A DNA stretch of 64,000 nucleotides from the NCBI RefSeq assembly GCF_009914755.1, contig NC_060944.1. One strand, given 5' to 3'. Positions 41,640 to 55,290 of the stretch are shown one piece after another. The notes beneath the pieces were generated by a model. The model had not been told where the DNA came from, searched no databases, and was given only the letters and a program-made list of their open reading frames with translations. This stretch comes from the human T2T-CHM13v2.0 reference genome, Homo sapiens. A program made the position numbers and the translations under genes. Within the stretch, counting starts at the first letter, position 1. The number at the start of each line of letters is the position of its first letter.

Positions 41640-42546
41640 GGAGGTGATATAGGGTGCTTCCAGCCCTGGCCATAGGGTACTTCTGGGAGGTGATATAGGG
41701 TATTTCCAGCCTTGGCCATAGGGTACTTCTGGGAGGTGATATAGGGTATTTCCAGCCTTGGCCATAGGGTACTTCTGGGAGGTGATATAGGGTACTTCCA
41801 GCCTTGGCCATAGGGTACTTCTGGGAGGTGATATAGGGTACTTCCAGCCCTGGCCATAGGGTACTTCTGGGAGGAGATATAGGGTATTTCCAGCCTTGGC
41901 CATAGGGTACTTCTGGGAGGTGATATAGGGTATTTCCAGCCTTGGCCATAGGGTACTTCTGGGAGGTGATATAGGGTATTTCCAGCCTTGGCCATAGGGT
42001 ACTTCTGGGAGGTGATATAGGGTACTTCCAGCCTTGGCCATAGGGTACTTCTGGGAGGTGATATAGGGTACTTCCAGCCCTGGCCATAGGGTACTTCTGG
42101 GAGGAGATATAGGGTATTTCCAGCCTTGGCCATAGGGTACTTCTGGGAGGTGATATAGGGTATTTCCAGCCTTGGCCATAGGGTACTTCTGGGAGGTGAT
42201 ATAGGGTATTTCCAGCCTTGGCCATAGGGTACTTCTGGGAGGTGATATAGGGTATTTCCAGCCTTGGCCATAGGGTACTTCTAGGAGGTGATATAGGGTA
42301 CTTCCAGCCCTGGCCATAGGGTACTTCTGGGAGGTGATATAGGATACTTCCAGCCCTGGCATAGGGTACTTCTGGGAGGTGATATAGGATACTTCCAGCC
42401 CTGGCCATAGGGTACTTCTGGGAGGTGATATAGGATACTTCCAGCCCTGGCCATAGGGTACTTCTGGGAGGTGATATAGGATACTTCCAGCCCTGGCCAT
42501 AGGGTACTTCTGGGAGGTGATATAGGATACTTCCAGCCTTGGCCAT
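41640..42546. repeat. 46-bp minisatellite (VNTR), ~19.7 copies
   Basis: Unit gaggtgatatagggta(t/c)ttccagcc(t/c)tggccatagggtacttctgg; near-identical copies with no spacers. Confidence 0.99.
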
Positions 42547-42640
42547 CTCCTCTCCTTTAAGATACCTACACTTGTTCTTTCCCACCCACAACTGTATCAG
42601 TCAGCTTTTACTGAATAACAAAGCACCCCTAACCTCAGTG

Positions 42641-42947
<307 letters not shown>

Positions 42948-43724
42948 CTATAACAAACAGGATCTTAACAACACCATGATGGTCACATGATTCTGGAGTC
43001 CTGAAGCCAGCAGTTTACACAGGAAGCACTTTATAAATGCATCTAAGGAGCAGCTCTCTCTCTTTCCTTGGTCTATTTCACAATGTGAGAAAAGTCATCC
43101 AAAAGGCCACATTAGGGTGAACCCCCTAGCAGTGTCTGAGATGTGACAGCACCAATGTTCCATACCCAGTGACTGCAGGAGAAGATCAGGTACACTCCTC
43201 GGTGGGAGCTTCCTGAAGAATTACAGGCATGAAATACATCCAATTCCTTGGAACCAGTCCTCTAGAACACATGCGCAGGTTTTGGAATAAATCATGAACT
43301 GATGTTAAACCTAAAAACTTTTCTTTTTACCAACAAGTGGGGGTCCTGCAGCCCACTCCCCAGCACCGCCTGTGAGAGAGGCAGTGCGTGAGAAGGACTT
43401 TGCTGCACTAGCTCTTTCTAGACCACATCATGCCTTGCTTTTTGCCTGTGCAGCCCAGCTCGATTGAGTCTTTCATGAAAACCGAGAATCCCTGATTCAT
43501 CTTTTAATCAACCACAAGGAGAGAGCAGCTCTTATTTCTTCCCTATTGGTTCTTTACTAGAGATGAGGGGGATTTAACCAATTTTCTCCACTTTCAACAA
43601 TAAGGCAGTTGGATCATAAATTGCATTCTAAGCGTGGCCTTGAAATATCCAGCTTTCCAATTGGCCCTCACATGACAGGTTGTCCAGTTTTCTCGTGCTT
43701 TTCCTCAGTGCCAGGTCAAGCCCG

Positions 43725-44095
43725 TTCTTAGTTTAAGGCTCCCTTCAAAAGCAGACCCTGCATAGTTTTTTTGGGAAGGGATCCCAGGAAGTCTGACAAG
43801 GGGGGAGGCAAAGTGAGGGAGAAGGAAAGTGTGAAAGCAGATGAAGGGGGCTAATACAAGTTACAGTGCAGGCAACTGAGGCTCCATCCTGCCGGGGGCC
43901 ATGGATAAAATCCTCAGCTGGGGGAAGGGGAACTTGGGGTATTTATGAAATGCCTCTGTCCTTCATTAGTTAGGAGGGCCCCTAGTTTATTAAATCCTTG
44001 GCATTTCTAGGATGTCCTACAAGTGGCTGAGGGAGCTGCCACCACTCTGCAGAAATCCCTCAGGCGGAGAGTGCCGAAGACAGAATATGAAGTTA
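43725..44095 (-). mobile_element. LTR16-like ERVL LTR (diverged)
   Basis: tcttagttt...aaaagcagaccctg...gatcccaggaag...ggggtatttat. Confidence 0.55.
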
Positions 44096-44164
44096 GCTAC
44101 TCAGCCGTACCTGTGTACATCAGACCATTTAAATTTGGTTTGTTTTGTTTTCTCAGAAAGGTAT

Positions 44165-44495
44165 TATATTCATGAAACTTGGAAACATAATTCCAAGTGA
44201 AAGAAGCCAGTCAGAGAAGGTCACATATAGTACAAACCTATTTATATGAAATGTCCAGTACTGGCAAATCCATAGGGACAGAAAATAGATGAGAGGTTTT
44301 CTGGGTCTGAGGGGAGGGGCAATGGGGGTGACTCCTTAGTAGGTATAGGGTTTCCTTTGGGGATGATGAAAATGTTCTAGAATTAGATGGTGGTGGTGAT
44401 TGCAAAGTATTGTGAATGTACTTAAAGCCACTGAATCGTGCACCTTAAAAAGGCTAAAATGATATATTATTTTAATAAATTTTAATAAATAAAAT
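44165..44495 (+). mobile_element. L1MB-type 3' end
   Basis: aagtgaaagaagccagtca...tttatatgaaatgtccag...ggggatgatgaaaatgttctagaattagat. Confidence 0.88.
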
Positions 44496-45963
44496 GATAT
44501 ATCATTTGTGTGTGTATATATATATATCTATCTACAAAATATATTATACCCCCTCCCTGCAAAAAAGAAATTCCTCAGGCAGGGATGCAGGCAGAGGTGA
44601 GGTGCCGTCCGCCCCTGCAGCTGCAGGTGGACTCAGAGATGAGCCAATGGACGTGGGATGGACTCGCTGCGTCTACCACAAGCCTCTCACCTGAATACCA
44701 CCAGTGCTAACAGGCACACACATTCCCACCCAAAGCACGCACACAGCTTGGAGTGGAAACGCCCATTGATGCTGCTGAAGCCATATGGTGAAGAAAATGC
44801 ACCCCCGCTCATGCGTCCCACCGCATGGACCAAATTACTCCGGAACAAATACAGCAAGCTGGCACCGTGCTTCCTGAGCCTTTACTCAGCGTGTATGTAT
44901 TTGATCAGAAAGCATCTGTAGCCCCAGACAGCACCCAAGTCTACTCCTCACTTTAGTTACCAACATTAAATATCACACCAGAAAAAATACCAGCCTGCAA
45001 CTCTGTGCCAGAGAGCAAGAGCCTTCCTCACGTTTACACGTGACAGGTGACAGAAGAGTTCTGCCCTGAGCTATACTCTCCAAGCTGAAAAATAATTTTT
45101 ATGCCAAAGAAATTAATTTGAGTCCTTCTGTTGTGCATGCAGTAAGGGATTTTCCTGCTAGTCTTCAAACCAGAATATTCATTATTTTTGGCAGCTCTAC
45201 TTGGCTGTTCTAATTTTTAAAACTGAAACGTTAACTCTCTATTTTGGGGAATAGGCTCATGTACAAGGAACTCAAGCTCTTTCTGTTGAAATCTACTTCT
45301 TCAGACATGATGACCAAAAGTGACCTTTAAGTCAAAAGTGACAGGCAAAACTAAAATTGTATGCAGCAATGGAGGAATAAACAACACTCGGGGACTCCAA
45401 GACCCCTGGTCAGGTTCCCAACCACCAGGATACCTGTGGAGGTTTTGTCTTGGGTCAACAGAGCAGGGAGACCATGGCGGGTCTGGGTGTGAGCTCAACC
45501 CCAGGACTCCCTGAAAGGTTAGAGTCTCCATCAGATGAGAGGTCCCAAAGGGGGCGAGCAGGACAGATGGGAGCTACACCCAACAATGCAGCTCGGTTTC
45601 TCCCGCTTATGTCAAGGAACTGCCCTTGACTCATGTGGGCTTCAGGATCTGGCCCTAAACCACTACACAAGCTCCCTGGGCCCTGCCCTGAATGCATTGA
45701 CCTGGACCTACATTCGCCTGTGTGTGTTCCTCTCGCACAACAGTCTCACTTTGGCCAACAATGTCACCCTGCCATGCTTCTTGTCTTTTTGCCTGAATCC
45801 TACCTGCCAGTCTAGCTTGGCTGACAGCCTCGTGCCCTGCCAATGCCTAGACAGGATAAAAAGGCCACCCAGAGTCTGCAGTACAGCACCAAATCGGGCA
45901 TCCATCCCCCGTCACTCTGGCATCATGACATCGAGATGGAATGGAAAGGCGAATCCTGCAAGG

Positions 45964-46140
45964 GCTGGTGATTTCAGCCCTGGTGGCCGATTGGAACGAC
46001 CTGGAGAACTTTAAACACTCCTGATACCTGGATCTCACTGCCAGAGATCCTCATGTTACAGTCCTGGGGAGTGGTCTGGGTTTGGGAGTTTAAAAACTCC
46101 CCATCTGATTTTAATGAGGTGTCGAGTTTGAGAATCATGG
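45964..46140. mobile_element. MER5-type hAT MITE
   Basis: gacctggagaactttaaa...aaactccccatctgattttaatg...gtttgagaatca. Confidence 0.7.
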
Positions 46141-46979
46141 CCCAAGGGAGATGTAAAAGTCAAGATGTGGGGGCATCTCCTTCTTTTTCCTCCTCTCGTT
46201 TGAAGCACATCAAGTTCACATTCCAAGATGCAGTGCAATAACCTCATGTGCTTCCAAGGGTACTTCTTACTAACACCAATAGCGCCACAGGCCTAAGGCT
46301 GAATCCATGGGGTTCTCTTTTAGGGACTACTTGATGACCTGGGAGGCTCATGGGGTTAGGAGTCAGAAGACCTGAGTTCAAGTCCAGCTCTGCCACTGGA
46401 CAGCTTGGGTCTTAGGTGTGTTCTCACCACTGTGCCCTCTCTCCACTCACCTCCAAAATGCAAGGATTAGCACAAACCCCTTCTGCCTCTGCCTCTGCCA
46501 CTGGCCCCCACCCAAAGATGAGCTGCTTGTGACTCCTGGGGAGTAGGGACATATGAACCTATCTCTAGCTGGAACAAAGACTCCTGAGGGACCCCAAAGC
46601 TCAGGCTGAGCTCTGCACAAGCATTGCTTCTTGTGGTGAACAGTTCCCAAAATTCTGGCTTTTACCTAATCACAAGTTCTGTGGGGGTTTTGGAGGGTTC
46701 TCCACAGCCTGATTCAGGCTGGTTGCCAAGCCTGCGCTGTGGTCATTACTGGTCCAGGTCCACCCCACACCCTGCCCAGAGGACATCATCTCTTCTCACT
46801 ATTGAATTCCCTCCTGGGGATGGTGATGGGGTTTGATTCTGGGGTTCCTTCATCATCTGTCTCAAGCCAATGCAAGACTCTGGAATTTCTGCAACTCAGA
46901 ATCTATTCATAGCACAGGAACAGAGTACCCCTGCAAAACCCCTGCTCCATAAATGCCTATTTCACATTCTAGGTATTTA

Positions 46980-47430
<451 letters not shown>

Positions 47431-48615
47431 TAATTCTGTGATTCACGGAGCACCTGCCACACTCAGGATCAGCTTCTCATCTTCAACACAGCGTGGAGCT
47501 CCCTGCTGGAACACTGCCCACCAACTAACCAATGGGAAAGGGCTGGCTTGCTTCCTTATGTCTTTTAGCTTAAGTCCAGCCCCATTCTAGGTGAGACTGA
47601 CCTCAGGAGGACAAAGCCAAGTTCAACAGTGTTCTTGGTAGCTCCAACGACCAATTCAGAAGAAGATGGTCCCCATGAAGTCTGGCTTTATGTCCAGCCT
47701 TCTAGCACTTCTATCAACACTGAGGATTGAATAGTAGCTGAACGGTGCTCTGATAACTCTAGAGAAATAAAACCAAGTCCTACTGGAACTCAGTGTCCTA
47801 CTGAGATTGTGCAGGGGCCCCTCCATGTCCCTGTGAAACAAGAGGGGATGCGCTTCTAACAAGGCATCTCTACTTTCATCTTCCCTACATATTTACCTTG
47901 CACTTTGAGATTCTATTTGAAGAAAATGCTGTGTGGCCAAATATATTAATCAATAAATAAAATGGAAAACCTCTGACACAGGGCAGAGCTTCTAAAGGTT
48001 GATGAGCACATGACTCTCCTAGGGGTCCGGCTCAAGGGCAGGTTGATATGCAGGTCTGGGTGGAGCTGAGATTCTGTTTTCCTGGAGAGCTTCTCGATGT
48101 TGCTGATGCTACCAGGCTTAACAGGGAGGATCCAGGGGCCCCAAATCCAATGCTGGTGAGCCCTTATCAGGGATGCAGACCTAATTGGGAGCTTTATGGA
48201 AGAAAGGTCCTCAAATGACCATACAAATGGAAGAGCAATTAGGGTGTCTTGAAAATCTTGACTGAATTTGGGCATTGACTAACAAAAAAAGATTGGTTGG
48301 AACTGCATCCAGCCCTGACACCTGCATTCCTCAGGATTTACAGCACTTCTGCCAACTCTGATGTCAGGTTCACTCTGGGTCCTGGACACTGGGACTCTCA
48401 TGGCAAAGATTGTAGGACCAGGCTTGGGAGGGGAGCTTTCATTCCTTGGATTTCTCTATCATATCTCTGGATGGCATTGGTCTGCTTGGCTGAGGATGCA
48501 GGGCCAATAAAGACCTGTGACCTTGCATCCACAGTTTATTTTAAAAAGCCAGGCAAGGCAGAGAGTTCATAGCCAAATAGAGTGGACCATTCCAGGTTAC
48601 AGCTGTGCACGGAGA

Positions 48616-49723
48616 TGTTGTGGGAAGTCAGTGACCCCAAACAGAGGGAACTGCTGAAGCCACGACAGAAGAACATAAATTGTGAAGATTTCGTGGACAT
48701 TTGTTAGTTCCCCAAATTAATACTTTTATAATTTCTTATGCCTGTCTTTACTACAGTCTCTGAACATAAATTATGAAGATTTCATGGACATTTATCACTT
48801 CCCCAATCAATACTCTTGTAATTTCCTATGCCTGTCTTTACTTTAATCTCTTAATCCCGTCATCTTCATAAACTGAGGATGTATGTTGCCTCAGGACCCT
48901 GTGATGATTGCGTTAACTGCACAAATTTTTCGTAAAGCATGTGTGTTTGAACAATATGAAATCTGGGCACCTTGAAAAAGAACAGGATAACAGCGATGTT
49001 CAGGGAACAAGGGAGATAACCATTAGGTCTGACTGTCTGGGAGCCAGGTGGAACAGAGTCATATTTCTTTTCTTACAAAAGCAAATAGGAGAAATATCGC
49101 TGAATTCCTTTTCTCAGCAAGGAACAGCCCTGAGAAAGAGAATGCATTCCTAGGGCACGGTCTCTAAAATGGCCGCTCTGGGAATGTCTGTCTTACATGG
49201 TTGTAGATAAGGGATGAAATAAGGCCCAGTTTCCCGTAGCGCCCCCAGGCCTATTAGGATGAGGAAGTTCCTGCCTAGTAAATTTTAGTCAGACCGGTTG
49301 TCTGCTCTCAAACCCTGTCTCCTGATAAGATATTATCAATGACAATGCATGCCCAGTGGGACATGAAACTTCATTAGCAATTTTAATTTTGCCCTGGTCC
49401 TGTGATCTCACTCTGCCCTCGTCCTGTGATCTCACTCTGCCCTCATTTGCCTTGTGATATTTTATTGCATTGTGAAGCATGTGATCTCTGTGATCCACAC
49501 CCTATTTGTACACTCCCTCCCTTTTGAAATCCATAATAAAAACCTGCTGGCTTTGCGGCTTGGGGGGCATCACGGAACCTGCCGACATGTGATGTCTCCC
49601 CCAGACACCCAGCTTTAAAATTTATCCTTTTGTACTCTTTCCCTTTATTTCTCAGACTGGCTGACACTTAGAGAAAATAGAAAAGAACCTCCATTGAAAT
49701 ATTGGGGGCTGGTTCCCCCGATA
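48616..49723 (+). mobile_element. MER11 solo LTR (HERV-K HML-8 / HERVK11)
   Basis: tgttgtgggaagtcag...ggctggttcccccgata, 1108 bp, AATAAA near 49535, perfect 6-bp TSD cggaga (48610-48615, 49724-49729); no primer-binding site follows. Confidence 0.96.
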
Positions 49724-51657
49724 CGGAGACTCAGGCGAGATGGTTAAACTCAGCTGGGGCCACTGGAAAGATCTTATAAGTGAGGCAACAAAAGTCAGGC
49801 CTTGAAGGATGGGGAGAATCTGGCCAAGAAGCCAGGAAAGAGGCTCAGGGAATCATAACCCATTCATCTTTCCAGTTTGAGTTCCTTCCCTTCAGCCTTC
49901 CTCAGGTGCACATTTCTCAGGAAAAAAAAAAAAGAAAGAAAAGTATGATGTGCTATGCTTTGCTGTCCTAATAAACAAGCTTTAAAAGTACTTCATCAAC
50001 TTTGAAGCATGACACAAATGCAAGAGGACTATTTTTATTCACCTACAGGTAACTTAAGCTATTTGTATTCATCAGCAGGTCACTCAAATTGAAATGCATT
50101 TGGAAAATTTTGCTAATACCGTTCTTGCTAATATCCCTAACTTAGGATCTGCGATCATCTCAGCCTCCTGGGTCAATCATTCCCTGTTGTTGTTGTTCCC
50201 ATTTTTAATCTCATTGTTATTAAACCCTGCCTTTGTACCACCGACTGTTTTAGCAGATGTCGTTGGGGAGCCTTTATGGGGCTCATGAACCCCTGCCCAG
50301 CTGTTGTGGGGTAAGCAAACTTCCCTGCTGGGTTGCCCTTGCTAACCTGAACCCCTTCTAGACATTCAGGAAAGTTATCCTCCCCAGGAGGGGCCCAAAG
50401 CCAACAACTGACTGACACAGGGGTTGATAGCTCATCCCCCTTTGCTTCTGGATGGGCAACTGCTGTGAGATCATTCACAGTCCGGAGCACCCATGGACGT
50501 GGGATGAAGCTGACATTCCACGTCTCCACTCTGCTGCTCCCCTTCCCTGGCATGTGTCCCTCACTATCCTGTGGCTCTCTCCTGAGAGCTCTGCCTCCAT
50601 AAATCATGACTCAAGCTCTGCTTCCAGGGAACCTGACCTAGGACGATTCTTAAACACTTCACTGTAATGCCTCATTTTATCATTGCAATGAGATGGATGC
50701 ATAGACATATGGTGCTAATTATTATCATTATTACAGATTAGGCAATTTGCCCAAATTCTTACAGCTAGGACTTGAATTCAGCTCACCACACCATGCCTTA
50801 TCTCCCAGTTTGAACTGTTAGGTCTTTGGAAAGAAGCTGGTTATGCATCAGAGTGGGTCGTGTTTTAAAGTCTTCGTTGCTCAAAACTCCTTTTTATATT
50901 AACAGAAGGAGAAAAATCACACTTCTGCATATTAAATATTAGAGCAACAAGCTCTCACTAAAATAATTCAAGTGTCCCAGGGGCAGAGAGAGAAATGTTG
51001 AGCCTTCTATAACACCCCGGGGGTCAGATGAACAGAGAAGGTGGTCATTCAGCAAGCAAGACTGCAAATGTGGACTCTGAAGACACAGGTGCGGGCGGGA
51101 GTTTTTGTCTAAGCGTGAAACTCTGATACGTGGCATGCTCTGAGAATTATCAGGAACCGAGCTCCGAGGGTTTCCGCCCTTTATTGTCTGTCCCAGGCAT
51201 CAGAGCCCAAGCACATTTATCTCTGGAGCCAGGGACATTCACGTCCAGTGTTTCTGGAATGGCACTCCACGCTGATTTATGTGTGCGGTCAGCAGAGGAG
51301 CAGCACACCAGCAGCTTCTAATGGAAACTCACTCCATTCACCATAAATATCTCATCTGCATGCAGGCCCACCACCAACTGGTTTCTGAGATGAGGCCTAG
51401 GATACTGCATTGCTACCCAGCTCTTCTGGGGCCCCTTGTCCATCCTAAATTAGAGCATCACTTTCTAGAGGAGAGTTCATTGATACCTAAAATAGGATTG
51501 AATTTTTTAAGACCATTGTAAAAAAAATAATATTTTAAGAGCAAGAGAATGAGTGAGAAGAAGAGTAGAATTCATTCCACAAAACTATATAAAGAATAAT
51601 TTTTGCTGTCTATTTTTGAAAAGCATTTAAGGGTATTGGAAAATGCTTGCTCTAAAC

Positions 51658-51986
51658 CAGATGTTGACAAACTTTATTTAAAGGGCCCGATAGTAAATAT
51701 TTTAGGCTTTAGAGTGCTACAGTCTCTGCCACAACTACTCAATTCTACCACTGTGGCACAAAACCAGCCATAGACAATATGTAAGTGAATGCACATGACT
51801 GTGTTCCAATAAAACTTTATTTACGAACAGTGATTTGAATCTTATGTAATTTTCACATGTCATGAAATGTTATCCTTTTGATTTTTCAACCACTTAAAAA
51901 TTTAAAATGATTCTTAGCTTGTAGGCAACACAGGCCCACAGGATGTAGGCTGGATTTGCCCACAAGCCATATTTTGCCAACCTCTA
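51658..51986 (+). mobile_element. MER58B hAT-Charlie MITE
   Basis: aaagggcccgatagtaaatattttaggcttt...ctgtgttccaataaaactttattta...tttgccaacctct. Confidence 0.88.
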
Positions 51987-52494
51987 CTCAATTCTATCTG
52001 AAAACCCTTTACTTTATTATAAATACAATGGCAAAGTGTAGATTTAACTTCCCTCTACCAACAATTACTAGGAGGAGTTAAACCAAACTATGAATACTGG
52101 TTATCTATTATATGAATAATGAATGGGGTTATAGGTGATTTTTATTTTCTTCATTATATTTTTTCAACATTTATCAAATATTTTACAATAAGCATATTTT
52201 CTGATTAATAAATAAATTTTAAAAATATGATAGAAATGGTACCTGTTATAGAGATTAAAATCTTGAAATTTAGCCTTAAAAAATACCATCTGCTCTCCTT
52301 CATGTGCAACATGGGGTATTGCTGGAAAATTGTCCAACAGACATAAACAATGTGCACAGAGGCAGGGGCCTGGGCCTTCACGACCTCCTCTTTGACTGTG
52401 TTATTTTAGGAAACTCCTTAACCTTCTCGGCCTCCACTGGGCTGTTACTCACATGAATATCATAATGCCTGGCTGGGGGAGAATCAAATCAGAT

Positions 52495-52640
52495 AAAGCA
52501 CATTCTTTCACAGTTCTGAAACCCTTTGTTTTAGGCTTTGCAAGAGTGAAAAATATTGTTCTATCTGAAAGCACATTCTTTCAAAGTTCTGAAACCCTTT
52601 GTTTTAGGCTTTGCAAGAGTGAAAAATATTGTTCTATCTG
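52495..52640. repeat. 73-bp tandem duplication (2 copies, 1 mismatch)
   Basis: aaagcacattctttca(c/a)agttctgaaaccc...gttctatctg twice. Confidence 0.97.
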
Positions 52641-53239
52641 TCAGGGAATTAGAATTCTGTAATCTCCATTTAAGTGAATTTTTTATGGAGTCACCATTGG
52701 CTTTTCTTTGCATTCCTAAACTAGGACCCAATCTGGGATTCAGTTAACAGTTTTCTTCCTTTTTTTCCTGAATTCCTGGGCCAGAGCATCAAGCTTTGCC
52801 CTCATTTTTCTTGTCCTCACTCATCAGAGTGTCCCCAGATACTCTGAAAGTGATTCCAGGGGTTGGATGGAGCTGCACTTTGTCAGCAGGAGGGTGGCAG
52901 CAGGAGCTGGGCCAGGCTGACATCAAGGCCACGGCCCCAGGGCCCCAGCAACCTCTCCTGTTCCCTCCCACCTGGAGAAACCAGAGCCCCACATGCTGGG
53001 GCCTCAATCCAAGTGGTTCTTTTGCGAGTTTAAGGCTGACCTCCAGGCACAGAGCCTAACCGGGCTCGGAAGTTGGTCTGTGCCTGTCATAATGCCATGG
53101 AGGGTGGCTGCAAGTGACCATCACAGTGCCCTGGTGATGACTCTGCCCTAAAAGAAGTGAAGCTGGGAACTAGGGTACCCAGTTACATTCAGTCCTTAGA
53201 ATCCACAGCTCTGTGGATCTTTCATTTGCTATGGGTTAA

Positions 53240-53600
53240 TTAAGCCTCTTCAGTGGGCTGTGGCTCTGCTAGGTACTGGGATGCAGGGTGAAGACAAATA
53301 TGACCCTGGCCTCATGGAGTTTATAATCCAGTGGGGAAGCTAGACACTAACCAAGAAGCCAGAGAAATTCTGTGATGACTGCCGAGCAGAAATGCATGTG
53401 AAGGGTAGGACATATCAGCCAGACCTAGTAGAAGGAGGCAGGGATAGAGACAGAGGAACCTTCCTGTGGGGTCCTATCTGTGACATGGAGCTGAGCAAAA
53501 GGTCCCAAGTGAAGTGGGGGAGGGGGAGGCCAGGGATGCAAAGGATCTGAGGCAGGACAGAGAGAGGGACCACCCAGAGTGTGGGCAAAGGCCTGTCTAT
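53240..53600 (-). mobile_element. L2 3' region
   Basis: ctctgctaggtactggggatgcag...ccctggcctcatggagtttataatccagtgggga. Confidence 0.7.
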
Positions 53601-53664
53601 GACAGCAGGTCTAGGCCCCATTGGCCATTTGGCCCATAACTGATCAACTGCAGGGAGCCCCGAC

Positions 53665-53730
53665 CGATTGCAGATAAGGGAAGGTAGCAGGACCTGCATA
53701 TAAACCAGGACTCCTGTGACGTTGCCAGCT
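53665..53730 (+). promoter_or_regulatory. Candidate TATA-box core promoter
   Basis: AGATAA 53672-53677, TATAAA 53699-53704, TGACGT 53717-53722, CA initiator-like site at 53726-53727, 28 nt from the TATA start. Motif evidence only. Confidence 0.3.
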
Positions 53731-55139
53731 CTGCTCCAGGGACTCGCAGACGAAGGCTGATGGGCCAGGGAAGAGTGGGACGGGATTTGTGTTCAACAGC
53801 AGCTGGACTGTGCTGCCAGTGACAGGATCCTCTGGACTTTTTGGGGTCAGGAGTGGCAGAGAGGGCCAGGCAGTTGTCTGGGCCGCATCTCAGGTATGTT
53901 ATTGGCCCAGTAATGCCCAGTGGGCTAGGAGCAGGATGTCTCCAAGGGCAATTGGGGGAAGACACTTTCCGGTAGCATCACAGGGCCACACTCCCTCCCC
54001 TCACACCCAGTGGTGGATGCAAGCTTTGGCAGAAGAGGTCATGCCTGCAGGCAACCCTCCTGCCCTTCCAGAGTGACTGCGCCCTAGAGTCTCACACTCT
54101 GACTTCTCTTCTCAGGTGGGCTCCCAGTAACTAGCCAGACCCACAGAGTCCTGGCTTCCAGCAGCGTTCGATCACACCATGCAGGGTGCTGACAATGGCT
54201 TCACAAACGTCATGAAGGGAAGGCCTCCTCGGCACTGGTACTATTCTGAGAGAGCAGAAGTGTTGCCATGCAGGCCCCAGCCCATGCACCTGGGCCATAA
54301 TGGAGATAACTGCAGAAATGCAGCACAGGCCCAGGCCAGGACTGGCCACAAATTCAAACTGGCCTGTGCCAGGATGTTGGCTCCATGCCCAATCATCCCA
54401 GCTCTCCAACTCAATTAGGACAGAACTGAGCAAGAAAGAGCTGTGGGGAAGTCGGGCCATCATCCAGCAAAAGGAGAGGGATCTGAGGGACTGGGTTGAG
54501 AGACATGTCTAAGACCCCGGCTGTGCATGTGGGATCTCCACTGATTTTCCTGGAAATGGCTTTTAAACAAGGGGAAATCTTGCTTCCTATTGATGACAGC
54601 CTCTCTGGTAATTCTGCGTGTGTTTACTGGAATCACCAATATCAGGTGGGCAGCTCTGCCTGGCTTCCATCGCCAGAGGACAGTCTGCGCATCCTCCATA
54701 AACAGGGAACCTCAGTCTCTGCTGAGACCAGACCAAGGAGGCAGTCAAGCTGGTAAATGATCCTGCTTAGGAGGGAAGCTGCGTCTTCATCTAGTATTGC
54801 ACCTGACCCCACAGAGTGGCAGGTTCTTCATTGTTTGTCGCTGTGACACATGTGAGGCTGGCTGGGAATGAGCACTCTCGCTCATCACAGGACACTGCCA
54901 GGAGCCTGGGCGGTGAGGCGGGGAGCCTCCCCCAGCGCCAGTGGGCGGGGCAGGAGCAGGGCTCTGCTGCCCAAGGTGGGATGGGGTTTCTGCCCCACTG
55001 GACCTTTACTTTTCTGCCTCAAAATATAAATTAAATTGTTAAAAATTATATTTCTGGCATAAAGTTTTAAAGTAGATGGGGCGGTAAGTATGAGTAAAAG
55101 TGTCGGAATGCAGGCATCACATACATTGAAAATAAATTT

Positions 55140-55290
55140 TCCTCCTTGGGAACTTTGGCTTCCTCCCTGCCTTCCTTCCTTCCTTTCTTCTTTTCTTCCT
55201 TCCTTTTTTCCTTTCTTTCATCCCTTTTTCCTCCATTTTGTCTTTCCTTACTCATTTATTTTCTCCCTTTTTTCTTATTTTTTTTTTTTG
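55140..55290. repeat. CT-rich (CCTT/CTTT) low-complexity tract
   Basis: cttccttccttcctttcttcttttcttccttcc... Confidence 0.85.

Noticed and set aside
41640-42546. CRISPR-like array
   Set aside because: Units are contiguous with no unique spacers, there are no cas genes, and the context is primate DNA. It is a minisatellite.
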